From the NCBI RefSeq assembly GCF_009914755.1, contig NC_060925.1: DNA of 64,000 nt, one strand, 5' to 3'. The notes under the pieces were generated by a model. That model saw only the letters and a list, made by a program, of their open reading frames with translations, was not told the origin of the DNA and searched no databases. Positions 53,427 through 64,000 of the stretch are shown piece by piece; the first letter of the stretch is position 1, and every line of letters starts with the position of its first letter. This DNA comes from the human T2T-CHM13v2.0 reference genome, Homo sapiens. Made by a program: the position numbers and the translations under genes.

Positions 53427-54781
53427 TTAAGGGTCTTCAGAAGGTTCATGGAAAGTGTGTATTATGAAAAAAAGAACCATGCATGGATTTTAAAAACTTT
53501 GCACCAAAATAAACTCATACTAACTTGTTATAAAAATGTCTGAAGAGGATCTAGTTTGAGATGCTAAGACATCACTTTGAAAATACCCCTTATCACAGCA
53601 ACATGAATTCTGCTAAAATTGAAGCAAGAACAAACATTAAATTTATGGTAAAGTTTGGATGAAAGAATAATGAAATCATTCATGTTTTATGAAAAGTTTA
53701 TAGGAATGGCCCAAAGAAATCAGCAGTTTACAAATGGATAACTCATTTTAAGAGTTAACTCATTTTAAAAAGGGATAAGACCATACTGAAGATGAAACCT
53801 GTGCAGGAGACCATCCACATCAATTTCCAAGGAAAAAAATTCAATTTTATTATGTCCTAATTGAAGAAAACCAAGGATTAACAGCACAAACAATAGCCAA
53901 CACCATAGCCATCTGCATTGGTTCAGCTTACACAATTCTGTCTGAAAAATTATAGATGAGCAAACTTTCCACTCAATGGGTGCCAAAACTATTGCACCCA
54001 GATCAGCCACAGAAAAGAGCAGAACTCTCAATGGAAATTTTAAATAAGTGGAACTGAGATCCTGAAGCATTTCTTCAAAGAATTGTAACAGGAGATGAAA
54101 CTTAGCTATGATTCTAAAGACAAAGCACAATTACAGTAATGGCTACCAAGAGGTGTAAGTGGTCCAGTCAAAGCAAAAGTGTCCTGGTCAAGAGAGAACA
54201 TCATGGCAACAGTTTTTGGGGATGCTCAAGACATTTTGCTTGTTGAGTCTTTGTTGGACCAAAGAACAATAACATCTACTTATCATGAGAATGTTTTTGA
54301 GAAAGCAAGCCAAAGCTTTAGCAAAAACAAACAAACAAACAAAACACCCAGGTAAGCTTCACCATAGTCTTTCTCCACTATAAAAATGCACCTGCTCATT
54401 CCTCTTAAGAAACAAGGGCAATTTTGCAAGAGTTTCAATGGGAAGTCATTAGACATCCACCTTACAGTCCTGATTTGGCGCCTTCTAACTTCTTTTTGTT
54501 TCTTAGTCTTAAAAAATCTGTAAAAGAAACCCATTTTTCTTCAGTTAATAGTCTAAAGTCTGCATTGACTGAATTAAATTCCCAGAACCCTCAGTTTTTT
54601 AGGGATGGGCTAAATGGCTGGTATCATCACAAGTGTCTTGAATTTGATGGAGCTTATGTTTAAAAATTAACCTTATACTTTTTATTTTAATACTTTATTT
54701 CCATTTTCCACATAAAAATTTATTTTCATAAAATCCAGATTCTGCACAATATTTTTCCATGAACTTTTTGAAGTCTCCTCA
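53427..54781 (+). mobile_element. HSMAR2 mariner transposon, near full length, transposase pseudogene
   Basis: TIRs (gggtcttcagaaggttcatggaaa / tttccatgaactttttgaagtctcctc). ATG at 53603 gives MNSAKIEARTNIKFMVKFG-stop. IVTGDET and HPPYSPDLAPSNFFLF motifs; multiple stops and frameshifts. Confidence 0.95.
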
Positions 54782-54988
54782 CATCTCTAGTTTTAGACAG
54801 ACCAAGTCTCATTTTTATTATGTTTCATTACACAGTGGAGATTAAGGAGGACTTAGTCTAATCTTTTAATTTAGAGACCAGTTTCCTTCTCTTCAACTAG
54901 TTCAATTCTGTGTTCAGACAAGAATCAAAATAAAATCCTCAGAAAATGGATCGATCTAATAGTTTCAGTGAAAAAATACTTTAGATGC

Positions 54989-55040
54989 TAACTTTATGAA
55001 ATTTAATGATCTTTTAACTTTATGAAATTTAATGATCTTT
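54989..55040. repeat. Perfect 26-bp tandem duplication
   Basis: (taactttatgaaatttaatgatcttt)x2. Confidence 0.95.
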
Positions 55041-56149
55041 AAAAATGTGTTTACCATTAAGCAACCACTATACTAAATAATAATTTAAGCAATTTTGCTA
55101 CTAAATATTACTAATTTTTTTTTATTTCTGAAGCTCTCTTTCTAGACTGCAGATTAAGAGCTATTGGTCCCAAATATGCGGTTTTCCCAAGTCAAGTAAC
55201 CATGTCAAGAAATGCCATTCTGTCTAAAAGGGGCTAAAAAGGACTCAAAGAATACACATAACACATCTCGCATCTGTGAAGACTGTTTACTAATGAGATC
55301 ATCAAGAAACAGCCAACATCAATTGTTTAGAGTGAAAATTTGAAAGTTGGAAACTGTGGCATAGAGCCTCATAGATTTTCATAGCTGGAAAGGACCTTGG
55401 TGGTCATATTCAGCCCAAAGCTCCCACTTTGTAGATGAAGAAATTGATACAAAGAGACATGTCATAATTTGACCACAGCCAATTCATGTCAAAGTAAATA
55501 AGGATAAAATGTTAATTAAGAGACAAACAGGAGGTTGGTAATTTGAAGAGTCTAAGTTCATTAGTGTTTCTATAACACAATTTAGGGTTTGTCAAGTCCA
55601 GTCTGGTTTCCCATATCTTCCATCTTTCCTATCCCAAAAGCTATGGCTATAATCTCAGCCAGGTTTCTGGAAACAATCCTCGTTGAAGACAGATGAGATT
55701 TAAGGAAATCTAGTCAACATCTGCAGAATTGATATCAAATTAAACATGTTCTTTTTTTACCTAAGCTCTGATTTTATTTCCGAGGTTTTGCTTTGACTCT
55801 TTGACCAAATTCCCTTCTTGAATACAGTTTGGGTAACTAGACACTGAGATTGGCATTGTTCTCTGTTCTTGAGTTCCAGTCTTGGATAGCTGCCTAGTAA
55901 AATACTAAGGCTAGGACTGTATGTTGTTCTTACCAAGCTCTGCTTCTTCCTACAGAAAGAAAAGTTAACCACAAATCTCAGACCAATTGGCCTGCTCCAT
56001 CATTTAATGATGCAGCTGCCTACATCTTCAAATATTCATGAAACTAAAAATTCTCCACCGCCCCACTCTTCCTTCTTCTTAGTACACCTCTATCACGATG
56101 TATTGGATTACTCTATCTCATTTTCAATACCTGTGACCTTTCTCATTTT

Positions 56150-57500
56150 ATTCATTTATTCAACAAACATTTATGGAGTGTCTCTTGTATGTCAAATATT
56201 GTGCTAAGCATAGGTGCAGATGGTAGGAATGAAAAATAGTTATACTTTAATTCCTGACCTTAAGGGATTTACAGTCTTGTGACGGCAACAGATTGTAAAT
56301 GGTACACAGATAAAACCGTGTACTTACAAGGTGAGAAAAGCATCAGGAAGGAAACACAGAATTACCCAGTTTAGTCAGGGAAAAGTTTTCTGGAGAAGTA
56401 ACATTATATCTGGAGATTTGAAGGATAAAAATGAACTAGCTTGCGAAGCAGTGGAAAAAGTATTTCAGACAAGGAACCAGCAGATGTGAACATCCTGTAA
56501 AGGCTCGGGAAATTGGGGAAAGTAAACAGAGATCAGTATGGCTGGAATATATTGAGGGAAGAGGAAAGCTGATTAAATGAGAAAAGAGAAGCAGATTGTA
56601 CAAACCCTTGTGGGCCATGGGAAAGCATTTTAATTACAATATAATTGTAATGAGAGGTCATGTTTTTAAGTGAAGAAAAAAACATAGTTTTCATTTTTAA
56701 AAGATTATTCTGCTGAGTTGAAAACAGGCATTCAAACAAAGACATGTATACAAATGTTCATAGCAACATTTTTCATAAGAACCAAAAAGTGGAAACAACC
56801 CAAATGTCTATCAACTGATGAACAGATAAACAAAATGCTAAATAACCATGTAATGAAATATTATTTGGCCATAAAAAGGAATGAACATCATGGGTTAACC
56901 TTGAAAACATGCTAAGTGAAAGAAGCCAGACACAAAAAGCCAGAAATACATGATTCCATTTAAATGAAATGTCCAGAATAGGTGAATTCATAGAGACAGA
57001 AATAGATTAGTGGCTTCCAGGGGCTGGAGGATGGGCATGGGATGTGACTGCTTAATGGATGAGGGTTTCTTTTGGGGGTGAGGAAGATGTCCTGCAATTA
57101 GACACCAGTGATGCTTGCAAAACATTGTGAATGTATTGAAAGCCACTTCATTGTACACTTCTAAAATGGCAAACATGATAAATTTTACATTATGAAAATT
57201 TTACCTTAATAAAAAAAAAAGATCATTATTTGAACAATAGACTACTTTGCAAGAGAGAGGGGCTAGCTGCTGAGGGAGTAATCTCCATACATGGACAAAA
57301 GCAGTAACAGCAGAGACCAAGAAATGGGGAAGATCCACTGTAAATTTCACAGGATTTGATGATGTCAGTAACTGAATCAGGGAGAAGGAAGCAGAGAGGA
57401 AGGAAGACATCCAGAATTACTCAGAAGCTTCTGAATGAAAGAAGAACATGTTTCAAGAGGAAATGAAGGGCTTAGCTTTGGACTCATTAACCTTGAGATG
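56150..57500 (-). mobile_element. L2, antisense, split by L1MB
   Basis: ttcatttattcaacaaacatttatggagtg tail; continues after 57220. Confidence 0.75.
56718..57220 (+). mobile_element. L1MB-type 3' end
   Basis: caaatgttcatagcaaca...gctaagtgaaagaagccagacacaaaa...ccttaataaaaaaaaaa. Confidence 0.9.
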
Positions 57501-60153
57501 CCCATGACCCAGTCTAGGATATCTTATGCTAAGACACTTCCACACTTTAGAATATTACTTTAACTTTTCTAAACTTCACTTTTCTCATCTACAAAATAGA
57601 AATATTAATAGTGTCTATCTAAGATAATTGTTGTTAGAAAGAAGTTAGGTAATTGATGTAAAGTTTTTAGCACAGTTCTTAACACACAGTAGACCCTCAA
57701 TCACTATTAGAGATTATTATTGTTGTTATAATCTTTGTTTTAATTACTATACTTATTCCGTATGCTGATTCTCTGTTCCCACTTTCAGCTTCTGCAGATG
57801 CTTAGCCCACCCAAAAGGGCTGGTTTTGAATGAAGTTTCAAGCCCTCCCAATTTGCTCCATTTTACTGCAGCTAATGAGTCCATAACTAGTCATAATCTC
57901 AGATATATTGACAGGGAGGGAACTGTCTGGTTGAAAATAATATTCATATTCCTTAGCCAGGCAAGTATATTCCTATGGTGGAGAAGGCACACTGAGCTCC
58001 AATAACCGTATGACAATTTTACTTTTAAAAGCATCCAACTCACTTTCTTCTAATTTTATGCTTTCTTGGGATCCTCCTATCCTTAATTTTATTTCCCCAA
58101 GCTTTCTCTCCCACAGGGATTAAAATGTGCTGACAAGCTGACAGGAGTATTCCAGTCTACTTGGCAGTTAACTTCCTCATAGAGACGTCTAAATTGATGT
58201 TCTGGTTTATAATCAGACTCTTGTAAGTTTGGTCAGAAGGGATCAATTTGCCTGGGTCTGTTAACCTCTAGGTGTCCACATAATAACCCAGTTTCTGAAC
58301 CTGAAAGCTGCATATCAGAACCTGGGCAATGAAAAGCCACCAAGAAATGACACATACACTGTATCACCAGGCTAGAAACAGCCACTCAGACGTCACAATA
58401 CAATTTTGTACAGAATTGTGAATATTAAGGAGTTAATGTATATTAAAGTGCCTGGCACATGTTAGACTCTCGGTCAACATGAGTTTATTTTTTATTTTTT
58501 AAATCATATGCAACTCACAAGGGAAAAGAATCCAAGTCTGAAAAATTTCAGATGAACTGAAATGATCCTACACTTTTTGTGCTCCATCTCAGTCAATCCC
58601 TAATTTTCCTTTCTCTGAAAAATTTCTTTTTTAGTGTTTTCTCATTTGGGCAGCTGCCTTTTGCAATTGGCTGTCTCCATAGTTCATCACTCAATAATGC
58701 TTAAAGAAAGTATTAGTGCAAATGAAAGTGCTATCTGAGAATAATCGTATATATTCTGAGGAATAATTAGCTCACAAACCCTGTGATCTTGGGCAAGCCA
58801 CTTAACCTTTCTACATGTCTGTGTCTCATTAGTCAGCAAACGTGCCTCACCAGCCCATCCTATAATGTCTCTTAGTGTCCTTTCCATCCCTAGTATCTGT
58901 AAACTATATTCACTACTAAATTCTCAGCACTTAGCACCCATAGGTGCTATTGACATATATGTTGAATGATTGAATGTATGTATTTTAGGCCTATATTTGG
59001 TTCACAAATCTCATAAATAAGCCCCATTTTTACAATAAAGAAAAGGAAAATCAGTCACTAACTTGCTTTACACAAAAGTTTAAAAGTTCTAAGCCTTAAA
59101 AAATATAACGGCAAAAAATATATAGGCTGAAATTTGAAAACAGACTCTCATATAGGCATTCTATATGCCAACCTCAACATCATATAAACATATATGAATG
59201 AATGAATGTATCTATCGATTGATCAAAACTTGTTGAATTTTTTAAAGCATAAATTGTATGGCTGGTTTTTTTTTTTTTTCATTTGGGCCCTTTTTCCCAC
59301 CTCTGAATGCCCAGAGAGCATTGTTCACAATAACTAATTTAACAAATCTATCCTTTTGGAGTGTCTGTTGCTTTAAAGAAATGATGACACTCTTCAACAC
59401 TGATTAGAATCACAGTACCTAAGAGAAGCTCTTTTATTTTTTGGTGGCATACTTTCTAGAAATTATCTTTGGCTTTTTAGCTCAACTAATTCACATTTGT
59501 GGCTACAAAACAATTATAAATGATAACTTTTCCATGCTTTTCACCTTTGTTAATAAACGGTTTAAAGAATGAGGGAGGTTTTTTTAAATTCCATTTTAAT
59601 CTATCGTTCCTGGCATTTAACAGAAATCAGGACACCAGTTCAAAAATTACGTACCAAGTCAAAAATGAAAAACTTGAGCTTGCAGAAAAAGTTGTGTTGT
59701 CTTTTCTAACAAACTTCACATTTTCCAAAAAAGAAGTAGACTATATTTCTGATTTCTTATTTTGTTCTTCATTTACTCACCATGACTACGGCATGAATAC
59801 AATTATGTATATTTTCTATACTACAGTTTCTCTCAGTTCAATTAGTTCAGTTTCACAAGTATTATTGACTACCTATTGGGAGCCAGCCACTATGCTAGGT
59901 TCTAAGGAGTACAAGAGTAATAAGACATATTTTCTAACTCTCATGAAGTTCACATATTACTAAATTTTTTCATTGTTTTTTCAATATCTCAGCTGCCACA
60001 ACCATTTTAATCAAATAATTTTACTTTTGCCAGTTTTATATTTTGAGGTTTAATATATAACTGCTTTAATATTTTTGAAAAATTACTGGTCTGAGGGAAG
60101 CTAGAAAAATTTAAGTAATTACAATACATCATCATTCAGGTAATAATAAAAGC

Positions 60154-60700
60154 ATTGTCTTACCCTGGGTTCCCCAGAATACCAAGCCTAAGACACAAAA
60201 AATGTAACTTAAGGTCCAGAGCTAGGGAATGGGGGAGAAGGGAGGAAAGAAAGGTATGTCAATAAAAGATTCCATGTTGAGTTGACTGGTCACCCATACA
60301 GATGGCTGGATATTCAGTCTTACAGGACACCTTAATAACCTCTTAGAGAAAGAAAGTATGAAGTATTTATTCATTACTGTTGCCTTCTATTGATCAAGGG
60401 TGGTCCCCCAATTATTCAACTCCCCATCATTTCTAGGTTGCACATGCATGGAATACTGAGCAAAATCTCAGGGATGTTTTATTCCCTACTGCTTCACTAC
60501 CAGTAAGGAATCCTTGTGGAGCAGGAGGAGGAGGAGGAGGAGGAGGAGGAGGAGCTAGGGGTAAATTGCACCAGCCTGAAGCAGGGCACTGTCAGGTTGC
60601 TCCCCCATGAAACTGGGCAGCACTTTCATAGAAATGGTCACCACAGCCACAGCTGGGATAAGAGTTGAGGCCAACGAAATTTGAAGCCGTGTGTAAGAAG
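60154..60700 (-). mobile_element. LTR33/LTR16-like ERVL LTR containing (AGG)10
   Basis: tgtcttaccctgggttccccagaa...cctaagaca start; gaagtatttattcatt; (AGG)10AG at 60523-60554. Confidence 0.55.
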
Positions 60701-60833
60701 CATTTGATAAAAGTGTATGTAAGGCACAAAAGTAGAACTGAATAGAGAGTGATTAATTCTGTCTGCAGATAAAGGGATCAGAAACTTCACAAACAATTCC
60801 TCAGAAAAATTATTAAAAGTAATTGAAGTATCA

Positions 60834-61129
60834 GGCCGGGTGCAGTGGCTCATGCCTGTAATCCCAGTGCTTTGAGAGGCCAAGGCAGGCGAATCATTTG
60901 AGGTCAGGAGTTTGAGACCAGTCTGGCTAACATGGTAAAACTTCATCTCTACAAAAATTAGCCAGGCATGGTGATGTGTGCCTGTAGTCCCAGCTACTCA
61001 GGAGTCTGAACCATGAGAATTGCTTGAACCCAGGAAACAGAGGTTGCGGTGAGCCAAGATCACATCACTCATTGCACTCCAGCCTGAGCAACAGAGTGTG
61101 ACTCTGTCAAAAAAAAAAAAAAAAAAAAA
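60834..61129 (+). mobile_element. AluS
   Basis: Full dimer with a shortened middle A-rich linker; TSD gtaattgaagt(a/g)tca. Confidence 0.93.
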
Positions 61130-61459
61130 TGTAATTGAAGTGTCAGATGCCAAAAGGGGATTAGTAGTCCAGACAGAAGGAACAATACATATGACACAGA
61201 TGTTTGAAACAACAAGATACATTTGAAGAAATGAAAGAAAATTAGTACCTGTATTCCTGGAGTTGAAGAAACAGTAGATGTGGTTAAAGATGTAAACAGA
61301 GCCCAAAACATAATGGATTTGATAAGCCATGTTAGGAGTTTAAATTTAGTACCAGAAAAAAATGGACAGTCATTTGAGTGGTTTTAAACAAAAATATAAA
61401 TTTAGGGTAGGGTGTAAATAGAATTATACTAATAAATATTATTATGGAAGTAGGAAATA

Positions 61460-62100
61460 CAAAAAAATAAGATACTGCCTTTAAATAGATTCAGTTATGT
61501 TAAGGATACATATTATTAGCTCTAGAGTAAACACCAAAACACAATAATAAAAGGTATATCTAAGAAGCTAATAGAGAAAATAAAATGGAACACACACATA
61601 CAAATTCAACCAGCTCATAAGAAGGCAGAAAAAAGAAAGAGAGAAAAAAATAGAAAGACAGAATGAAAACAAATAAAGACAGTACACTTAACGCCAACAT
61701 TTCAACAATTACATTAAATGTAAATGGACTAGACACTCCAATTAAAAGTCAAATAAATGCAACATGGTTGAACCTCACAGATATTGTGCCACATGAAAGA
61801 AATTGGACACAAACAAGTACATACTAAATAATGTTAATTTATATAAAAGTTTAAATCAGACAAAACCACTTTATATTGATAAAAATCAGATCAGTGGTTG
61901 CCTGAAAAACTCGTTAGTGCAAGATATTGACTTCAAAGATGTAAGAATGAGCTTTTTAGGGAGATGAAAATGTTCTATATCTTAATTGGTTTGGTGGCTC
62001 TACAAATGTATATGTTTCTCAAAGTCATTGACCTGTACACTTTGAATATGTAGGTTTTACTGTATATAATTTATACCTAAACAAAATTGACTAAAAAAAA
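61460..62100 (+). mobile_element. Old L1M fragments (ORF2 start-like piece and L1ME 3' end)
   Basis: caattacattaaatgtaaatggactagacactccaattaaaag (ITLNVNGL-like); aaatcagatcagtggttgcct 3'UTR. Confidence 0.75.
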
Positions 62101-62449
62101 AGAGCAAACAAACATCTCTCAAGTTCCTGACTTGAATGAATAAGTGGTGATGATGGTGAGAGTAGAGGAGAAACAGAATGTTTTGGCCTCACATTATAGG
62201 TTTGTTTACATGGAGTGCCCGTTCAAAGCCAAGCCATTATGCTAGGGGCTGGAAGAGCAAGGATAAATAAGACACAATTCCAATTTGTGTCTTATTTATA
62301 ATAAGACACAATACCAATTTGAAGGGTAGTCACAAAGTCTAATGCAGAATATATGAAAACAACTTTGTTTACTACACTATGGGAAATGTTCCACTAGACT
62401 TATGGACAAAGTGCTGTGGAAGACAGATACTTCATGTAATAAAATATTA

Positions 62450-62975
62450 AAAATTCTCCATCGTTAGATGAAAAACAAATATTTGTATATCCACACAGTA
62501 GAATGTTATCCAGCAATTAAAAGAAGCAAAATATTAAACTTGCAACAACATAGATGAATCTCAAAGTAATAGTGTTGAGTGAAAGAAGCCAGACTTACCT
62601 TCCCCCAAAAAAGTACACATTATATATTTCCATTTGTAGAAAACTCTAGAAAATAAAAACTAATCTATAGTGATAGAAAGCATATGAGTGATGGTGTAGA
62701 AGGAGGAGGGGATGGAGAGTGATGGAAAGGAAGGATTACAAAGGAGAATGAAGAAGTCATCATAGGTGATGATATAGTTATTATTTTTATTGTGATCATG
62801 ATGTGAAACTTTTTCTGACCCCTCTTCCTCCAAGCAAAATTAGTCACATTGTATTTTGTTCTACTGTGCCCTATGTTTGTTTCATGGGTAATACATACGT
62901 CAAAACTTACTAAACTAATCTAAATATGTGCAGTTTACTGTAGCCAATTATACCTCAACAAAACTATCTTAAAAA
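62450..62975 (+). mobile_element. L1MD/ME 3' end
   Basis: gcaacaacatagatgaatctcaaa...gagtgaaagaagccagac...aattatacctcaacaaa. Confidence 0.8.
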
Positions 62976-63099
62976 CACTGAAAACAATCTTGGAAGATGA
63001 AAGAGATATATTATGTTATAGCTGCACTGAGTAGCATATGATCTACATTAAAATCTAAATTTCTAACATTAAATATAATAAAGAAAATATTCAAGTTGG

Positions 63100-63740
63100 A
63101 ATAATGATATTGGCAAGCCCCCACTGAGTGTTTACTCTGAGACAGGCACTTTGTTAAGTCACTCACTTGCATCTTTTCATTTCATCCCTGCAACAACCCT
63201 ATGAAGTAGGTACTATTAACATTTTCAAATAATAAAAGAGGAAACTGAGGACATAGAGTTAGAAGTGTGTTCACCTGTGAGTAACAGAAAAACCAACTTC
63301 AGGGCATAAACAAACAATGGCTGTTATTCTTCAAAAAGTAAAAAAGGGGATTGGAGATAGGCAATTCAGGTCTGTTTTACCTACTAAGTAATTTGGACAA
63401 GGACGGGTAGGCTGTTTCTTTTGCTGTCCCCACCCCCACGCACAGTGTACTACCTTCCTCATAGTTATATGATAGCTGCTATATCTTCTGGAATCACAGG
63501 ACTCCAGGTAAAATAAATAAAGAAAGACGGGTGATGAGTACACTAATAGCCAAGACTTCACCACTACACAATATATATGAAAAAGTGAAGAGAAAGAAGA
63601 CATAAGGGTCATACTGGCTGAATCCCCTAGCTTCCTCAGGGGTTTCACCCAGCAGGCTTTTGCCTATTTGTCATTGGCCAGAACTGTGTTACATGGTCAC
63701 CCCTAACTGGAAGATGGCTAGGAAGAAGGTGATTGTAGAG
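63100..63740 (-). mobile_element. MIR followed by an MLT1-like LTR, both antisense
   Basis: caacaaccctatgaagtaggtactatt...gaggaaactgagg (MIR); tcattggccagaactgtgttacatggtcacccctaactg (MLT1). Confidence 0.75.
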
Positions 63741-64000
63741 AGAAGCCAGAGCAGCAAATTAGTAATTTCTGCCATTGCTACTAAGAGATGGAGTGAGAAT
63801 TTGGTCTAGCCTTATTCCCCAGGCCTGTGCTATTAACCATAATGTTATACGAATAAAGTTCTCCATAAATTCTCCCCAAAGCCATCTTAATATGCCAAGC
63901 AAAAAGAAAAAATTTCATCCAGAGAAACATGGATTTGACACAGTGTAAGTGCATAGGGAGCATGTAGATGACTTTTTAGAGTAGCATTATTTTCTTATCT

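Noticed and set aside
54424-54663. Functional or domesticated mariner transposase
   Set aside because: Only a C-terminal fragment is open; upstream stops and frameshifts and altered catalytic aspartates.
59520-59963. 147-aa ORF, the longest in the window
   Set aside because: F/S/T-rich composition typical of AT-rich non-coding DNA; the 3' part runs into an L2 tail; no homology recognised.

Overview
This window is AT-rich, non-coding primate genomic DNA, almost certainly human because it carries a near-consensus AluYa5 at 43678. It looks like a large intron or intergenic region. I find no supportable protein-coding exon, CpG island, tRNA/rRNA or CRISPR array, and the six-frame ORFs are repeat-derived or chance. 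Much of the window is interspersed repeat: about 16 Alu/FLAM copies, L1s of many ages (including a twin-primed, 5'-inverted L1PA15/16-like copy), L2/MIR, MaLR, ERV1 and ERVL LTRs, and DNA transposons (a near full-length dead HSMAR2 mariner, Tigger3a with a nested MER1B, MER20, MER5A, MER94). There is one U6 snRNA pseudogene (~44985-45062, minus strand). Two non-routine signals stand out. (i) A repeat-free block at ~23.9-24.6 kb has a perfect MEF2 site and three TGAC+A-tract units at an exact 18-bp period, and is a candidate enhancer or splicing element. (ii) A fold-back template-switch signature recurs (direct repeat with an inverted middle, or perfect palindromes) at 31348, 41163, 46608, 53739 and 62263. 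I cannot support a claim of a novel multi-gene system. Repeat subfamily names come from recalled consensus sequences, and boundaries of old repeats are approximate.
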